This document shows positions 38,134-48,666 of a DNA stretch of 64,000 nt, piece by piece. The translations under genes and the position numbers were made by a program. The notes below the pieces were generated by a model that was not told where the DNA came from, did not search any database, and saw only the letters and a program-made list of their open reading frames with translations. The first letter of the stretch is position 1. Each line of letters begins with the position of its first letter. Source of the stretch: Spirochaetia bacterium (GTDB lineage: Bacteria; Spirochaetota; Spirochaetia; SZUA-6; Bin103). The stretch is taken from NCBI GenBank assembly GCA_965198005.1, contig CBDAOI010000004.1, positions 416,001-480,000 on the forward strand, written 5' to 3'.

Positions 38134-38913
38134 TCAATGCGCGCGCCAACGCCTTGCAACAGCCGACAGTTGGTCAGCCTGGGCTCTCCAGCGATCGATC
38201 TCCAGGTTCAGGTTCCGGCGCTCCACCGGTGTGAGATCGCCGACTTTCTCTCTTCGCCAGAGCTCATGTTCAGCCAGGCGACAGTACGATTCTGCCAACA
38301 ACAGGTCGGAATCGTCTACGAACCCGAACGCTCTATGCCACGCCCTGCTCTCCTCATTACCGAGGTTGTATCGACTTTTCAACGTCCTGTGGCCGCTCTC
38401 ATACAGTTGCATGAGAGTCGCTGACACAAGGGCTGTAGCTACGCCCATTCGTTGCCACTCCGGGGTAACGAATAGTAGCTCCAACCGCACGGATTCGTCC
38501 TTCATTTCGGCTACGAGGGCAGCACCAACGACTGACTCCTGCTCGACTTCCGGATGGGCGACCAACGCTAGGCGCGACGCCGCAAGAGGCTTTCCGCGGG
38601 CGCCGGAGAAGAATCCGATCACGTTGTCTCTGGCCGGCTCGACGATTCTCGTCTCCTCCCAGTCACAATAATCGATGGTATCTCTGAAGGCGGCCACGTA
38701 AGCGGCAATCATCGCCGGCTCGTAGCTGCTTGCCGCGGGCCGGGTCCGACAAGGAGATCGGCATGGACGGGGTTCGATTTCGAGGGACGTGGAGACTGAC
38801 CGATGGGCGGGAGAGATATGCGCTTGCCCGCTCCAGTACTCATACTTCCATCCTGGCTCTCTCGCCATCAGGTGGAACTCGTCAATGGTCATGGTCAGGT
38901 GTCGGGTACGCAT
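38134..38913 (-). CDS. GNAT family acetyltransferase
   Basis: LFVTPEWQRMGVATAL...N..S..W...FGF. Confidence 0.75.
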   Translation of the reverse strand: MRTRHLTMTIDEFHLMAREPGWKYEYWSGQAHISPAHRSVSTSLEIEPRPCRSPCRTRPAASSYEPAMIAAYVAAFRDTIDYCDWEETRIVEPARDNVIGFFSGARGKPLAASRLALVAHPEVEQESVVGAALVAEMKDESVRLELLFVTPEWQRMGVATALVSATLMQLYESGHRTLKSRYNLGNEESRAWHRAFGFVDDSDLLLAESYCRLAEHELWRREKVGDLTPVERRNLNLEIDRWRAQADQLSAVARRWRAH

Positions 38914-39187
38914 CGGAGTATGGAGGAGAACAGCACCGGAGCTGACCACAATCGGCAGGGTCAGCGGGGCTCTCTACCTTTCCATCATGAGGGTACCATG
39001 ACCAATGTCAATAGTCTGCTTCGACCAGTTGCTCGGTGATCTCGAACGCTTGCAGTTGGTGCTCGACGCCATCCCCGATGAACCGCTCATGCATCAGCCA
39101 GGCTGGGCCGATGGACACGGCCAGGTATTCGCCGGGCAGCCGTCGGCCCGGCCAGGGGTGCCGCGGGCCGGAGCGCGGTGGTGGCGC

Positions 39188-40762
39188 TCAGGCTTGGTCG
39201 GCCGCCACCGCGAACGCGGTTACGTTGCGGCTCTGGCGGCTGAACTCCACCCCGATCAGGTGAATCGGTTGCCCCAGGTGGCGGTACTTGGCGGCGTAAT
39301 TCCGGCTCTGCAACTGCGCCAGCGCCGCCCCCTCCGGTTCCATCTCCACCACCTTGAACTCGAACAGGTACACCTGCCCCCCGGCCCGCACCGCCAGGTC
39401 CACCCGCCCGTGGCTGGTCGCGTCTTCCACCGTGAGATCATATCCCAGGGCCGCGAAATACGAGAAAAACACGCTCGCGTAGTAGCCCTCGTAGTCGGCG
39501 ATGTGGTTGTTCGTGTACCACTGGTACGGGATGCTGGCGAAGAACGCCTGAAACAGTTCTTTCATGCTCGTGAAGTCGTTCCGCTCCAGCAGCCGGTACA
39601 GGCGGATGCTGTTGGCGGTCTGGCCGCTGGTGTCCTGCACCAACTGGCCCAGCAACTGCCCGTTCAGGCTCTGGCGCACCTCCCGGTTGGGGTAGCCGAG
39701 CCGATACAGCGCCCTGCCGCCCAGGTCCTCCTCGCCCTCGATGGTCAGGTAGCCGGTCTGGAACAGCAGCGCCTCGGTGCCGATGTGCTCGGCGGGGGCG
39801 CGGTCGCCGACGTCGAACGCTCCCAGCAGCTCGGCGGTGCTCACCATCTCGCCCAGGGTCACCGAGCTGACCCGGCGCCGGTACAGGGTCTCCACCAGGA
39901 ACCGCGGGGTGCCGGTCTCGAACCAGTAGGCGTCGAACTTGCGGCTGCGGAACAGTTGCAGCACATCGTACGGGTTGTACATCTTCTCCGTGCCCAGCCA
40001 GCAGTAGCCGTTGTACCAGTGGCGAATCTGTGCGCGATCCAGACCGGGCAGCTCAGCCGCGAACACCGTATCCAGGTCCTCGTCCGTGTAGCCGCAAATC
40101 GACGAAAAGGGCGCATCGAGGGTGATGTCGGTGAGGTTGTTGAGCTCCGAAAAGAGGCTCACCTTCGAGAACTTGCTCACCCCGGTCAGGAAGGTAAAGC
40201 GAATATGCGCATCCGCATCCTTGATCATCCCGTACAGGCCGCGCAGGAAGCTGCGGTTGGCGCGCGCCACCTCCGGCTCCTCCAGCGCGTCCAGGATCGG
40301 CTTGTCGTACTCGTCCACCAGCACCGCCACCCGCTGCCCACTCTCCCGGTGCAGGGCGGCCAGCAGATAGCGGAAGCGCTCCGGCGCGGTGTCGTAGCGG
40401 CCGGTCACGCCCAGCTCCCGCTCGCTGCCCTCCAGTTGCGCCATCACGTTCTGGTGCAGGTAGCTCGGGTCCCTGAAGCTGCCGCCGGCGAAGCTCAGCC
40501 GCACCACCGGATGGCGCACCGACCACTCCCAGCGGTCATGGATGTACAGCCCCTGAAACAACTCCTCGCTGCCCGCGAACAGCTCCTTCAGGGTGTCCAC
40601 CAGCAGGCTCTTGCCGAACCGCCGCGGCCGTGACAGGAAGTAGTGCGTACCCTGCTCGACCAGCCGCCAGATCTGGGCGGTCTTGTCCACGTAGTAGCAG
40701 TCGTCTTCTCGGAGCGTGCGAAAGGTCTGGATGCCGAGGGGCAGCCGCCGCTTACGTGCCAT
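39188..40762 (-). CDS. AAA-ATPase-like plus PD-(D/E)XK protein, copy 2
   Basis: Same length and motifs as 35818-37392; unit 39120-40797 duplicates 35750-37427. Confidence 0.9.
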   Translation of the reverse strand: MARKRRLPLGIQTFRTLREDDCYYVDKTAQIWRLVEQGTHYFLSRPRRFGKSLLVDTLKELFAGSEELFQGLYIHDRWEWSVRHPVVRLSFAGGSFRDPSYLHQNVMAQLEGSERELGVTGRYDTAPERFRYLLAALHRESGQRVAVLVDEYDKPILDALEEPEVARANRSFLRGLYGMIKDADAHIRFTFLTGVSKFSKVSLFSELNNLTDITLDAPFSSICGYTDEDLDTVFAAELPGLDRAQIRHWYNGYCWLGTEKMYNPYDVLQLFRSRKFDAYWFETGTPRFLVETLYRRRVSSVTLGEMVSTAELLGAFDVGDRAPAEHIGTEALLFQTGYLTIEGEEDLGGRALYRLGYPNREVRQSLNGQLLGQLVQDTSGQTANSIRLYRLLERNDFTSMKELFQAFFASIPYQWYTNNHIADYEGYYASVFFSYFAALGYDLTVEDATSHGRVDLAVRAGGQVYLFEFKVVEMEPEGAALAQLQSRNYAAKYRHLGQPIHLIGVEFSRQSRNVTAFAVAADQA

Positions 40763-40945
40763 CGGCTCATCCTACCCCGCGCGCGCGCTCCTTGCCAGGA
40801 AAACGACTTCGGCATCACCCTGGCGGACGTCCTGCCGACCCTGACTGGCGAGCTGGAGTAGCCGAGCCGACCACGTCGTCGTCAGGCAGATGGCGCCAAG
40901 CTCCTACCCGCCGGCCGGACTCGTGCAGGAAGCGCTCCTTCAGTC

Positions 40946-41040
40946 GCGCGAGCCGAGGACTACATCGAAGATCTGGCCGCCCCACGGCCGGTATCACTTC
41001 ACCACTGACAATGCCGTGCAGGCGATCGGCGTTAGTGACA
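40946..41040 (+). pseudogene. AbiEi-type antitoxin N-terminal fragment
   Basis: DYIEDLA / GRYHFTT..A..A.GVS across a frameshift. Confidence 0.5.
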
Positions 41041-41190
41041 ATCGAAGCCGCCGTCAACTCGTATACCATACGGATAGCAGGAGCCGGGGGTGGCAGTCGT
41101 TAGCCGTACACCGTACGGAATGGACAAGGAGACGCTGCAAGGTTCCGACCCGCGGATGACAGCCGCGTCAAGCTCTGCGACAGTGCGCCC

Positions 41191-42789
41191 ATGGTGACCG
41201 TGCGCACGTTCAACACGGAGGGGCCCGTAGTGGCTGCGGACCATTACCACATCCCGCCGCTGGAGCGGATTGATCTCGACGCGGTGCTCGGCATGATCCG
41301 GGACAAGAAGTACTTCGTGCTGCACGCGCCGCGGCAGACCGGCAAGACCTCGGCGCTGTTGGCGCTACGGGATCTGTTGAACGGCGGCGCGCACGGCGAG
41401 TTCCGTTGCGTGTACGCGAACGTCGAGGCGGGCCAGGCGATGCGCGAGAACGTGGTGGAAGGCATGCGCACGGTACTGTCGCAGTTTGCGCTCAGGGCAA
41501 GCCTGACGCTGGGCGACGATACCCTGGAGCGCGTCTGCAGCGACGCCATGAACAGCGCCGGACCGGGTGGCGCGCTGAGCCTGACGCTGAGTCGCTGGGC
41601 CGCTGCCGACCGCACGCCGCTGGTGCTGCTGATCGACGAGATCGACGCGCTGGTGGGCGACACCCTGCTGTCGGTGCTGCGGCAACTGCGCAGCGGCTAC
41701 GACCAGCGTCCGGCCGCCTTTCCGCACGGCATCATCCTGTGCGGGGTGCGTGACGTGCGCGACTACCGCATTCACTCGACCGCCGAGAACCGGCTGGTGC
41801 TCGGCGGCAGCGCGTTCAACATCAAGGCCAAGTCGCTGCGCTTGGGCGACTTCTCGGAGCAGGAGGTGCGGGCGTTGCTGGGGCAGCACACGGCGGCGAC
41901 CGGGCAGGCGTTCACGGCGGAGGCGGTGCGGCTGATCCTGACGCGGACCGCCGGGCAGCCGTGGCTGGTGAACGCGCTGTGCCGGGAGGCATGCTTCGAG
42001 GACGAGGTAGGGCGTGACCGCGCGCGCCCGATCACGGCCCACGCCATTCTGGAGGCGCAGGAGCGGCTGATCCTGCGCCGCGACACGCACATCGACGATC
42101 TGGCGCACAAGCTGCGCGAGGAGCGCGTGCGGCGTGTGGTGGAGCCGATTCTGACCGGTGCCGACGAGCAGGCGTGGTCGACCGAGGACGTCGCCTACGT
42201 CTGCGACCTGGGGCTGGTGGCGCAGGACGCCGCCGGCCCGCCGCGCATCGCCAACCTGATCTACGCCGAGGTGGTGCCGCGGCATCTGAACTACGCGGTG
42301 CAGGCGGGGCTGCCGCAACAGGTGGCAAGATACATGGGTGCGGACGGCGGGCTGGACGTTGAGGGGCTGATCGCGGCGTTCCAGGAGTTCTTTCGTGAGC
42401 ACTCCGAGCACTGGGTACAGCGCTTCGAGCAGTACCACGAGGCCGGGCCGCAGTTGCTGCTGCAGGCGCACCTGCAGCGGGTGGTGAACGGCGGCGGGCG
42501 GCTCGAGCGGGAGTACGCGCTGGGGCGGGGGCGCACCGACCTGCTGATCGTGTGGTCGCAGGGCGGGCGCGAGCGCCGTTTCGTGGTGGGGTGCAAGGTG
42601 CTGCGCAAGGGGTTGGAGCGGACCATCGCCGAGGGGATGGAGCAGACCCGTGGCTACATGGACCGCTGCGGGGCGGAGGCGGGCCACCTGATCGTGTTCG
42701 ACCGCGCGCCGGACCGAACCTGGGCGGAAAAGATCTTCCGCCGCGCGCCGGCGGGAGCTGGCGTGCCGGTCACGGTCTGGGGGATGTAG
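41191..42789 (+). CDS. AAA (AAA_35-like) ATPase with C-terminal PD-(D/E)XK-like domain
   Basis: FNTEGP, APRQTGKT, LIDEID, REYALGRGRTDL. Confidence 0.85.
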   Translation: MVTVRTFNTEGPVVAADHYHIPPLERIDLDAVLGMIRDKKYFVLHAPRQTGKTSALLALRDLLNGGAHGEFRCVYANVEAGQAMRENVVEGMRTVLSQFALRASLTLGDDTLERVCSDAMNSAGPGGALSLTLSRWAAADRTPLVLLIDEIDALVGDTLLSVLRQLRSGYDQRPAAFPHGIILCGVRDVRDYRIHSTAENRLVLGGSAFNIKAKSLRLGDFSEQEVRALLGQHTAATGQAFTAEAVRLILTRTAGQPWLVNALCREACFEDEVGRDRARPITAHAILEAQERLILRRDTHIDDLAHKLREERVRRVVEPILTGADEQAWSTEDVAYVCDLGLVAQDAAGPPRIANLIYAEVVPRHLNYAVQAGLPQQVARYMGADGGLDVEGLIAAFQEFFREHSEHWVQRFEQYHEAGPQLLLQAHLQRVVNGGGRLEREYALGRGRTDLLIVWSQGGRERRFVVGCKVLRKGLERTIAEGMEQTRGYMDRCGAEAGHLIVFDRAPDRTWAEKIFRRAPAGAGVPVTVWGM

Positions 42790-42882
42790 CGCCAAGCTCT
42801 GGAGGAGCACCGGGCCGCGTCGACTTCCCCTGCGCCGCCGCTAGTTGCCGGAGCGACTCTGGCGTGTGAGAATGCGCCCATT

Positions 42883-43728
42883 ATGCCAGGAAGACTTGCA
42901 GACAAGGTCGCCATCGTTACTGGCGGCAACAGTGGAATGGGCGCAGGCACGGTAGAGCTGTTCGTGGCCGAGGGAGCTCGAGTCGTCATCGCCGCGCGTG
43001 GTGAGGAACTGGGCCAGGCCCTGGCCGACCGGCTCGGCGACAGCGCGCTGTTCGTCCGCGCCGACGTTTCGGTCGAGGCCGACGTAGAGGCGATGGTCGA
43101 TGCCACCATGGCCAAGTGGGGGCGCGTGGACGTGCTGTTCAACAACGCCGGCATCGGCCAGGGCTTCGTCCCCCCCGAGGATTTCGCGCTGGACGGCTTC
43201 AATCGAGTGATGATCACCAATCTCGGCTCCTGTTTCTTCGGCCTCAAATACGTCACGCCGATCATGAAGGCGCAGGGCGGAGGCAGCATCATCAACAACG
43301 GCAGCACCGCCGGGGTCACCACCGATGGCGCCGGCCCGGTCTACTCGGCCAGCAAGGCCGCGGTCATCCATATGACCAAGGTGTGGGCCACGCAGCTGGC
43401 GGAGTTCGGCATTCGCGTCAACTGTATCTCCCCGGGTGCCATCGTCACCCCCATCTTCTGGGGCGGTCACCAAACGCAGTCGGCCGAAGAGAACGCGCGC
43501 CGCGAACAGCGGCTCACCGAGTACTTCGCAGACTGGCTGCCGCTGAATCATGCCGGCACGCCCGAAGACATTGCCTACGCCGCGCTCTACCTGGCCAGCG
43601 ACGAGAGCCGGCACACCACCGGGCACAATATGATGGTCGATGCCGGCATCACCGTGCGCATGGCCGCGCAGGCGGACCTGGTCGAGGGTTTCAAGGCCAT
43701 CGGCCGCTCGGTCAGCTCGGCCAGCTGA
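42883..43728 (+). CDS. SDR oxidoreductase
   Basis: TGGNSGMG, NNAG, YSASK. Confidence 0.92.
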   Translation: MPGRLADKVAIVTGGNSGMGAGTVELFVAEGARVVIAARGEELGQALADRLGDSALFVRADVSVEADVEAMVDATMAKWGRVDVLFNNAGIGQGFVPPEDFALDGFNRVMITNLGSCFFGLKYVTPIMKAQGGGSIINNGSTAGVTTDGAGPVYSASKAAVIHMTKVWATQLAEFGIRVNCISPGAIVTPIFWGGHQTQSAEENARREQRLTEYFADWLPLNHAGTPEDIAYAALYLASDESRHTTGHNMMVDAGITVRMAAQADLVEGFKAIGRSVSSAS

Positions 43729-43772
43729 CGAATCTCGAGGTGGCCTGGCCCGCCGACCACGCTGCTTGATGC

Positions 43773-43801
43773 TTGACATCGAACATCAAACCGGGGACAA
43801 T
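43773..43801 (+). promoter_or_regulatory. Sigma70-like promoter of TA locus
   Basis: TTGACA-N17-GACAAT with flanking TTGATG/CATCAA inverted repeat. Confidence 0.6.
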
Positions 43802-43810
43802 CACGTTGCG

Positions 43811-44226
43811 ATGAGAACCACGTTGAACATCTCTGTCGAGGCAATGGCGAGGGTGCGGCCGCTTGCCGAGCAACGCGGTGCAACGCTCGGCGCTGTGGTC
43901 TCTGAATTGGTGCTCAAGGCGCTCCAGCCGGACGAAGCGCCACCGGTGCGAAACGGCGTTCCGCTGTTTCCCGCCCATCAGCATGAGACCGCCGATCTGG
44001 ATCTGGTAAACCAATTGCGCGATGAGGAGCACAGTTGTTCTGGCCGGATGACGTCGCGCTGCGCACAGCCCTGGATCGGACCATCAAGGATCGCTTGCAA
44101 GGTTACCGACAGGTCACGGACTTTCACCTTGCAGCGCTGTCTGCCGCGCGCGACGGACGGCTGGCCACATTCGACGGCCGGCTGGCGCGATCCCTTGCCG
44201 GCACGCCGCCTGGCCTCGAATCATGA
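43811..44226 (+). pseudogene. VapB-like antitoxin joined by deletion to VapC C-terminus
   Basis: MRTTL...RNGVPLFP...VNQLRDEE then FWPDD...QVTD.HL.AL...LATFD. Confidence 0.75.
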
Positions 44227-44277
44227 TGTCCGTTACCATAGCAGTTGCTGTACCAGGGTGGAAATGTGCCAGGCAGC

Positions 44278-45072
44278 GTGGAGGTTGAGATTAAGCTAGC
44301 AGGGAAGATCACCATCGTTACTGGCGCGGGTCGTGGCATCGGTCGCGCGACCGCCCTCGCGTTGGCCGGGGAGGGGGCCGATGTGGTGCTGGTGGCACGC
44401 AGCGGCGCAGAGCTCGAGGCGGTGGGAGAGCAGATTCGCAGTGTTGGCCGGGAAGCGCTTGCGGTACCGACCGACGTGACCAACAAGACCGACGTCGATG
44501 CCATGGTGCAGCAGGCCCTGGAGCGGTTTGGCCGGGTGGATATCCTGGTGAACAACGCCGGCTTCGCCGACCACAAAGCGATCCCCGATGTCAGCGAGGC
44601 GGACTGGGACGTCCAGATCAACGTCAACCTCAAGGCGGTGTTCCTGTGTACGCAAGCGGTGTTCACTCACCTGTGCGAGCAGGGCAGCGGCCACATCGTC
44701 AACGTCTCCTCACTGGCGGGAAAGTACTACCCCTACAAGATGGTGGCGTATGCCTCGGCCAAGTGGGGAGTGGCCGGGCTCACCGGGGTTACGCAAGAGG
44801 AGGGGCGTCCGCACGGGGTCCGAGCGGTGCTCATTCGCCCAGGAAACGTCGACACCCAGATGCAGCATGACAATCACGATGTCTATCCTGACAAGCTGAT
44901 GCAACCCGAAGATATCGCCGAAGCGATTCTGCACGCCGTCACCCAACACCCGCGTGCCTATACGCCGGTCGTCGACGTCTATCCCTTCGAGGACGTGCAC
45001 AAGCCGGACTCCTGGGAGGCAAAGTGGTACGGCGGCAGCAAGGCACAGAAGCGCGAGGTCTATCGAAGCTAG
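44278..45072 (+). CDS. SDR oxidoreductase
   Basis: TGAGRGIG, NNAG, YASAK. Confidence 0.9.
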   Translation: MEVEIKLAGKITIVTGAGRGIGRATALALAGEGADVVLVARSGAELEAVGEQIRSVGREALAVPTDVTNKTDVDAMVQQALERFGRVDILVNNAGFADHKAIPDVSEADWDVQINVNLKAVFLCTQAVFTHLCEQGSGHIVNVSSLAGKYYPYKMVAYASAKWGVAGLTGVTQEEGRPHGVRAVLIRPGNVDTQMQHDNHDVYPDKLMQPEDIAEAILHAVTQHPRAYTPVVDVYPFEDVHKPDSWEAKWYGGSKAQKREVYRS

Positions 45073-45121
45073 CTCCCGCGGGCGACGACGTCTGGTCCAA
45101 CTAAAGAGCGTGCGCGCGGTG

Positions 45122-45589
45122 TCAAGGCGCCGCCGCCTGCATGAGCTCGATGATGAGGTTGCTGAACTTGCTGCGGGTGTCGAAGTAGACGGCGCTGCGA
45201 GAGGTCTTGCCGGCAGGGATGATGCTCAGGATGACCGGGAAACCCCGCTCCACCAGCTTGGCCGCCTCTGCTTCCAGATCGTCTACCGTGTAGGCAATGT
45301 GGCCAACCCCCTCGCCGCTGCTCTCCAACAGCTCCTTGTGGACCGTGTGCCCTTGCACCGGTTGCAGCAACTCGATCCCCAGCGGGCCTACCTTGCCCAT
45401 TACGCCGCGAGTCTTGACCACCGGATCCGGTGTCTTCCCGTAGACCAGGTACTCGGCCATCTTGCTGCTGTCGATGGCGAATTCCGTTTGCAACGACGCG
45501 ACACCCAGGGCCTCGTACGCTTGGCGCGATTTGTCGAGATCGCGGACCGGTATGCCCAGGTGATGCAGTTTCCAGTTACTTTCCACCAC
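45122..45589 (-). CDS. VOC family protein (methylmalonyl-CoA epimerase-like)
   Basis: HHLGIPVRDL, IELLQP, GEGVGHIAY.VDD, IELMQ. Confidence 0.88.
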   Translation of the reverse strand: MVESNWKLHHLGIPVRDLDKSRQAYEALGVASLQTEFAIDSSKMAEYLVYGKTPDPVVKTRGVMGKVGPLGIELLQPVQGHTVHKELLESSGEGVGHIAYTVDDLEAEAAKLVERGFPVILSIIPAGKTSRSAVYFDTRSKFSNLIIELMQAAAP

Positions 45590-45639
45590 TCTGGCAGTCT
45601 ACACGGACCGTCTGTATATGGGAACATCACATCAGGGCA

Positions 45640-45735
45640 AGCTGGCGGGCTCGCCGAGCGTCTGCGGGCCCCGGTCATTACCAGCATCTCCGGCAAGGGC
45701 ATCATCTCCGAGCGGCACCCGCTCTCGTTCGGCGT
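45640..45735 (+). pseudogene. TPP-dependent enzyme central-domain fragment
   Basis: LAERLRAPVITSISGKGIISERHPLSFG. Confidence 0.65.
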
Positions 45736-46168
45736 CACGCCTCGGCCAAGTGGGGAGTGGCCGGGCACCCGGCTCGCACTACCGCATCGTACGGGCCGGC
45801 ACGACCACCTATCGAAACGCCTGGGTGACAGCAGGCGCTTGCTGCACGGCTCCACCCTGGGCGCCGGTGTGGGGTCAGCCGGCGCGCCCTGCCAGCTGAC
45901 CCCACGACGCTGCCTGTGCCAGGTCGCTTACCGACACCTCCGACGACACCTCACCGGGCAATCGACCGAAAATGTTCGGGGGATGACAGGGACGCGGGCA
46001 GTGTTCGGTATTCCATGACAGAGTAAGCAGATAGCTCTGCGGCACCATCGATCCGCGTGGCGCACAGCCGCCACGCGTCCGCGCGTCCAACGGCCGGCCC
46101 GGTCGGCCGCAAACTCCAGCAGTCCACGCCCGCATGCGTAGCGACGCGGCCCATCCGTGGCCGACGAG

Positions 46169-46245
46169 GGAGGTGCAAAATGATACTCAAAGAGCCGTAG
46201 GCGCGCGCGGCGTGAGCCGGGGTGCACCCGCTGAGTCACACGCCG
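46169..46245 (+). promoter_or_regulatory. Conserved leader copy 3 (truncated) with micro-ORF MILKEP* (46180-46200)
   Basis: GGAGG SD, ATG ATA CTC AAA GAG CCG TAG, same hairpin. Confidence 0.7.
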
Positions 46246-46249
46246 TGGC

Positions 46250-46877
46250 TGCACACATCAACGGGCCAGACTTTGCCCCGTTCCGAGAGGCGGTATGGGT
46301 CAAGATGGCGGGGCTCGGGCCATCGACCTCCTGGCACCAGGATGGTACGACCCACTGGGACAGCCCCGAGTTCGACGACGGCACGCACGGGTTCAACTTC
46401 ATGACCCAGCTCTACGCCACCAATCCGAGCAACGCCTTGTGGCTGGTGCCGGGGTCTCATGGCGTCGGCAAGATCGATATTCCGGCGCTGCAGGAGGCGA
46501 ATGGCGGATCGGATCGCCTACCCGACGCGGTCCCCATGGCGTGTCAGCCCGGCGATGTGGCGATCGTCAATCGCCAGATCCTGCACGGCAGCTTCGCCAA
46601 TCGGTCCGAGCACCGGCGCGTCTCGCTCACGTTCGGCTTCCATCGTCGTTCGTCAGTAATCGATGTAGTCGGCGAGGAGCCGGAGCCCTACGCTGCCCAG
46701 CGCGTTCGCGAGCGCTCGCGCGTCATCGCGATGGGCATCGACGCCCGCCGGCAGCGGTTTCCCGACGAGGCGCCCTACCGCTACCAACCTCTGGCGGAGG
46801 AGCAAGACGCCATTCACTGGAACGACACTGCCCGCGTGATGCTGCGAGGCTACAACGGCAAAGATCTGGGTATCTGA
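46250..46877 (+). pseudogene. Phytanoyl-CoA dioxygenase (PhyH) family, 5'-truncated
   Basis: WHQDG, LWLVPGSH, PGD......LHGS..N.S...R. Confidence 0.8.
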
Positions 46878-47153
46878 TTCCAGCCGAAGACGAGTGACCG
46901 CAGAGCGCCGGGAGGATAGGGACGCGCGCTATCCCTACGGCATATGGATAGTCGAGCTAACCGCTGTCCCCAGCTATCCGGACGGCATGCGGATATGGAG
47001 AGCGTTTGGCCGCAGCTCACCAAAACCGTGGCTCCGGGGCGTCCCGCATGTCGGGCGCGTATCCGAGTAATTCTAGGAACACCCAAAATATCTTGCTGTT
47101 TTTTTTCGTGACCGGCTAGAATCATTGTTCATCCATCATCTAAGGAGCTTGCG

Positions 47154-47769
47154 TTGCAGCGCTACCTAGAGGGCCCCATCCGTTCAGATCTGGCCGCAAA
47201 GATGGTCTTCGTCGCCGGGCCGCGGCAGGTCGGCGCTGGTCGCGCGAGTATCGCAGAGGACCTGGCGGTCAGCCACGACGCGGTACGCCGCTGGCTGCTG
47301 GCGCTCGAGCGGCTGTACGCGATGTTTCGCGTGAGTCCGTTTGGCGCGCCGCGTGAGTCCGTTTGGCGCGCCGCAGATACGCGCCATCAAGAAGGCACAG
47401 AAGCACTACCTGTTCGATTGGCTGCAGATCCCCGACCTGCCGGCCCGGTTCGAGAACCTGGTGGCGATGGCGCTTCTGAAGTGGGTGCACCATCAGCAAG
47501 ACACCGCCGGCCAGGATCTCGAGCTACGCTATTTCCGGGATGTGGATGGCCGGGAGGTGGACTTCGTGGTAGTCGAGCGCATGAAGCCACTGGTGATGGT
47601 CGAGGCCAAATGGGCGGATGCGCCCGTCGACCGCAGTCTTCGCTATCTGAAGGAGCGCTTTGCCGATGTGGATGCGTGGCAGCTCAGCGCCACCGGCACC
47701 AAGGACGTCCAGACTCGCGAAGGAATCCGGCTGGCTCCGGCGGCGACGTTTCTGCAGACCCTCGTGTAG
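47154..47769 (+). pseudogene. AAA_14/DUF4143 ATPase with large deletion and frameshift
   Basis: GPRQVG then jump; FENLV, YFRD..GREVDF; 22-bp tandem duplication 47329-47372. Confidence 0.8.
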
Positions 47770-47789
47770 GTTGCAGGAGTCGATGAACC

Positions 47790-47990
47790 TCCCCGCGCGG
47801 GCGCTCTGCGCATCGACTTCGGGCTCCACGCAACATCGCCCGCGGACGGCCCATTCGTCGAATTGCTCGAGCAGGCGACCGAGACCGTGCTCGACCGCCA
47901 CGTCCTCATGGTGCCCACGATCATGGTCGGCTGCACCGATTCGCGCTGCGTGCGACCGCTCGGTACGGCCGTGTATGGGTTTCAGCCGTT
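47790..47990 (+). pseudogene. M20 peptidase family C-terminal fragment
   Basis: My translation: SPADGPFVELL...VPTIMVGCTDSRCVRPLGTAVYGFQP. Confidence 0.5.
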
Positions 47991-48107
47991 GGTCCGGCCG
48001 CCGGGGCCCGCCCAACGTATCGGTTGTTGACCGTTCGCATACGCGGGATAATCATTGAGACGGAGCTTGCAGCCGGGGAGGCGAGATCGTGGGTCGACGA
48101 TTACAGT

Positions 48108-48186
48108 CTGAACATGTTCGGCGACGCGGTGCGCGACCTGCTCGATCCGCGGTTGCGGGGTGGCGGCAGCCGCCTCGGTGCCTAAC
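48108..48186 (+). pseudogene. Orphan dppC 3' end
   Basis: LNMFGDAVRDLLDPRLRGGGSRLGA*. Confidence 0.85.
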
Positions 48187-48200
48187 TGAGGGGGTTCGGC

Positions 48201-48518
48201 GTGAGCATCCGGAACACTGGCAATAGGCAAGCGCGGCCCACCCATCCGGGCGAGATGCTGCGAGAGGACTTTCTACCCGACTACCGGCTGACGATCTCGG
48301 GTCTTGCTGGCGCGGTGGGTGTCTCGCGCCAGACCATCAACGATCTTGTCCGTGAGCGTCGCGCGGTGAGCCCGGACATGGCGCTGCGTCTTGCACGGCT
48401 GTTCGGTAACTCTCCCGAGTTCTGGCTCAACGCACAGCGTGCGGTGGACTTGTGGGATGCAGCCCAGGCCATCAGAGGCGCCGTAGAGCTTATTAGGCCG
48501 TTGGTCGTTGCGAATTAA
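48201..48518 (+). CDS. higA: HigA family antitoxin (no higB seen)
   Basis: PTHPGEMLREDFL...MALRLARLFG.SPEFWLNAQ..DL. Confidence 0.92.
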   Translation: MSIRNTGNRQARPTHPGEMLREDFLPDYRLTISGLAGAVGVSRQTINDLVRERRAVSPDMALRLARLFGNSPEFWLNAQRAVDLWDAAQAIRGAVELIRPLVVAN

Positions 48519-48666
48519 GAGGAATCCAGGGAATCAGGGCTGCCACCCGTCGGGCTCAGGCGCGGACCGAGACGACGTCGTAGCACATGATCCGCTCGTC
48601 GCGTGTCAAAATCGTCAGCCCGGAGGCGCTGGCACAAACGTGGACGCTCGGGTATGTTCGTCGGCG

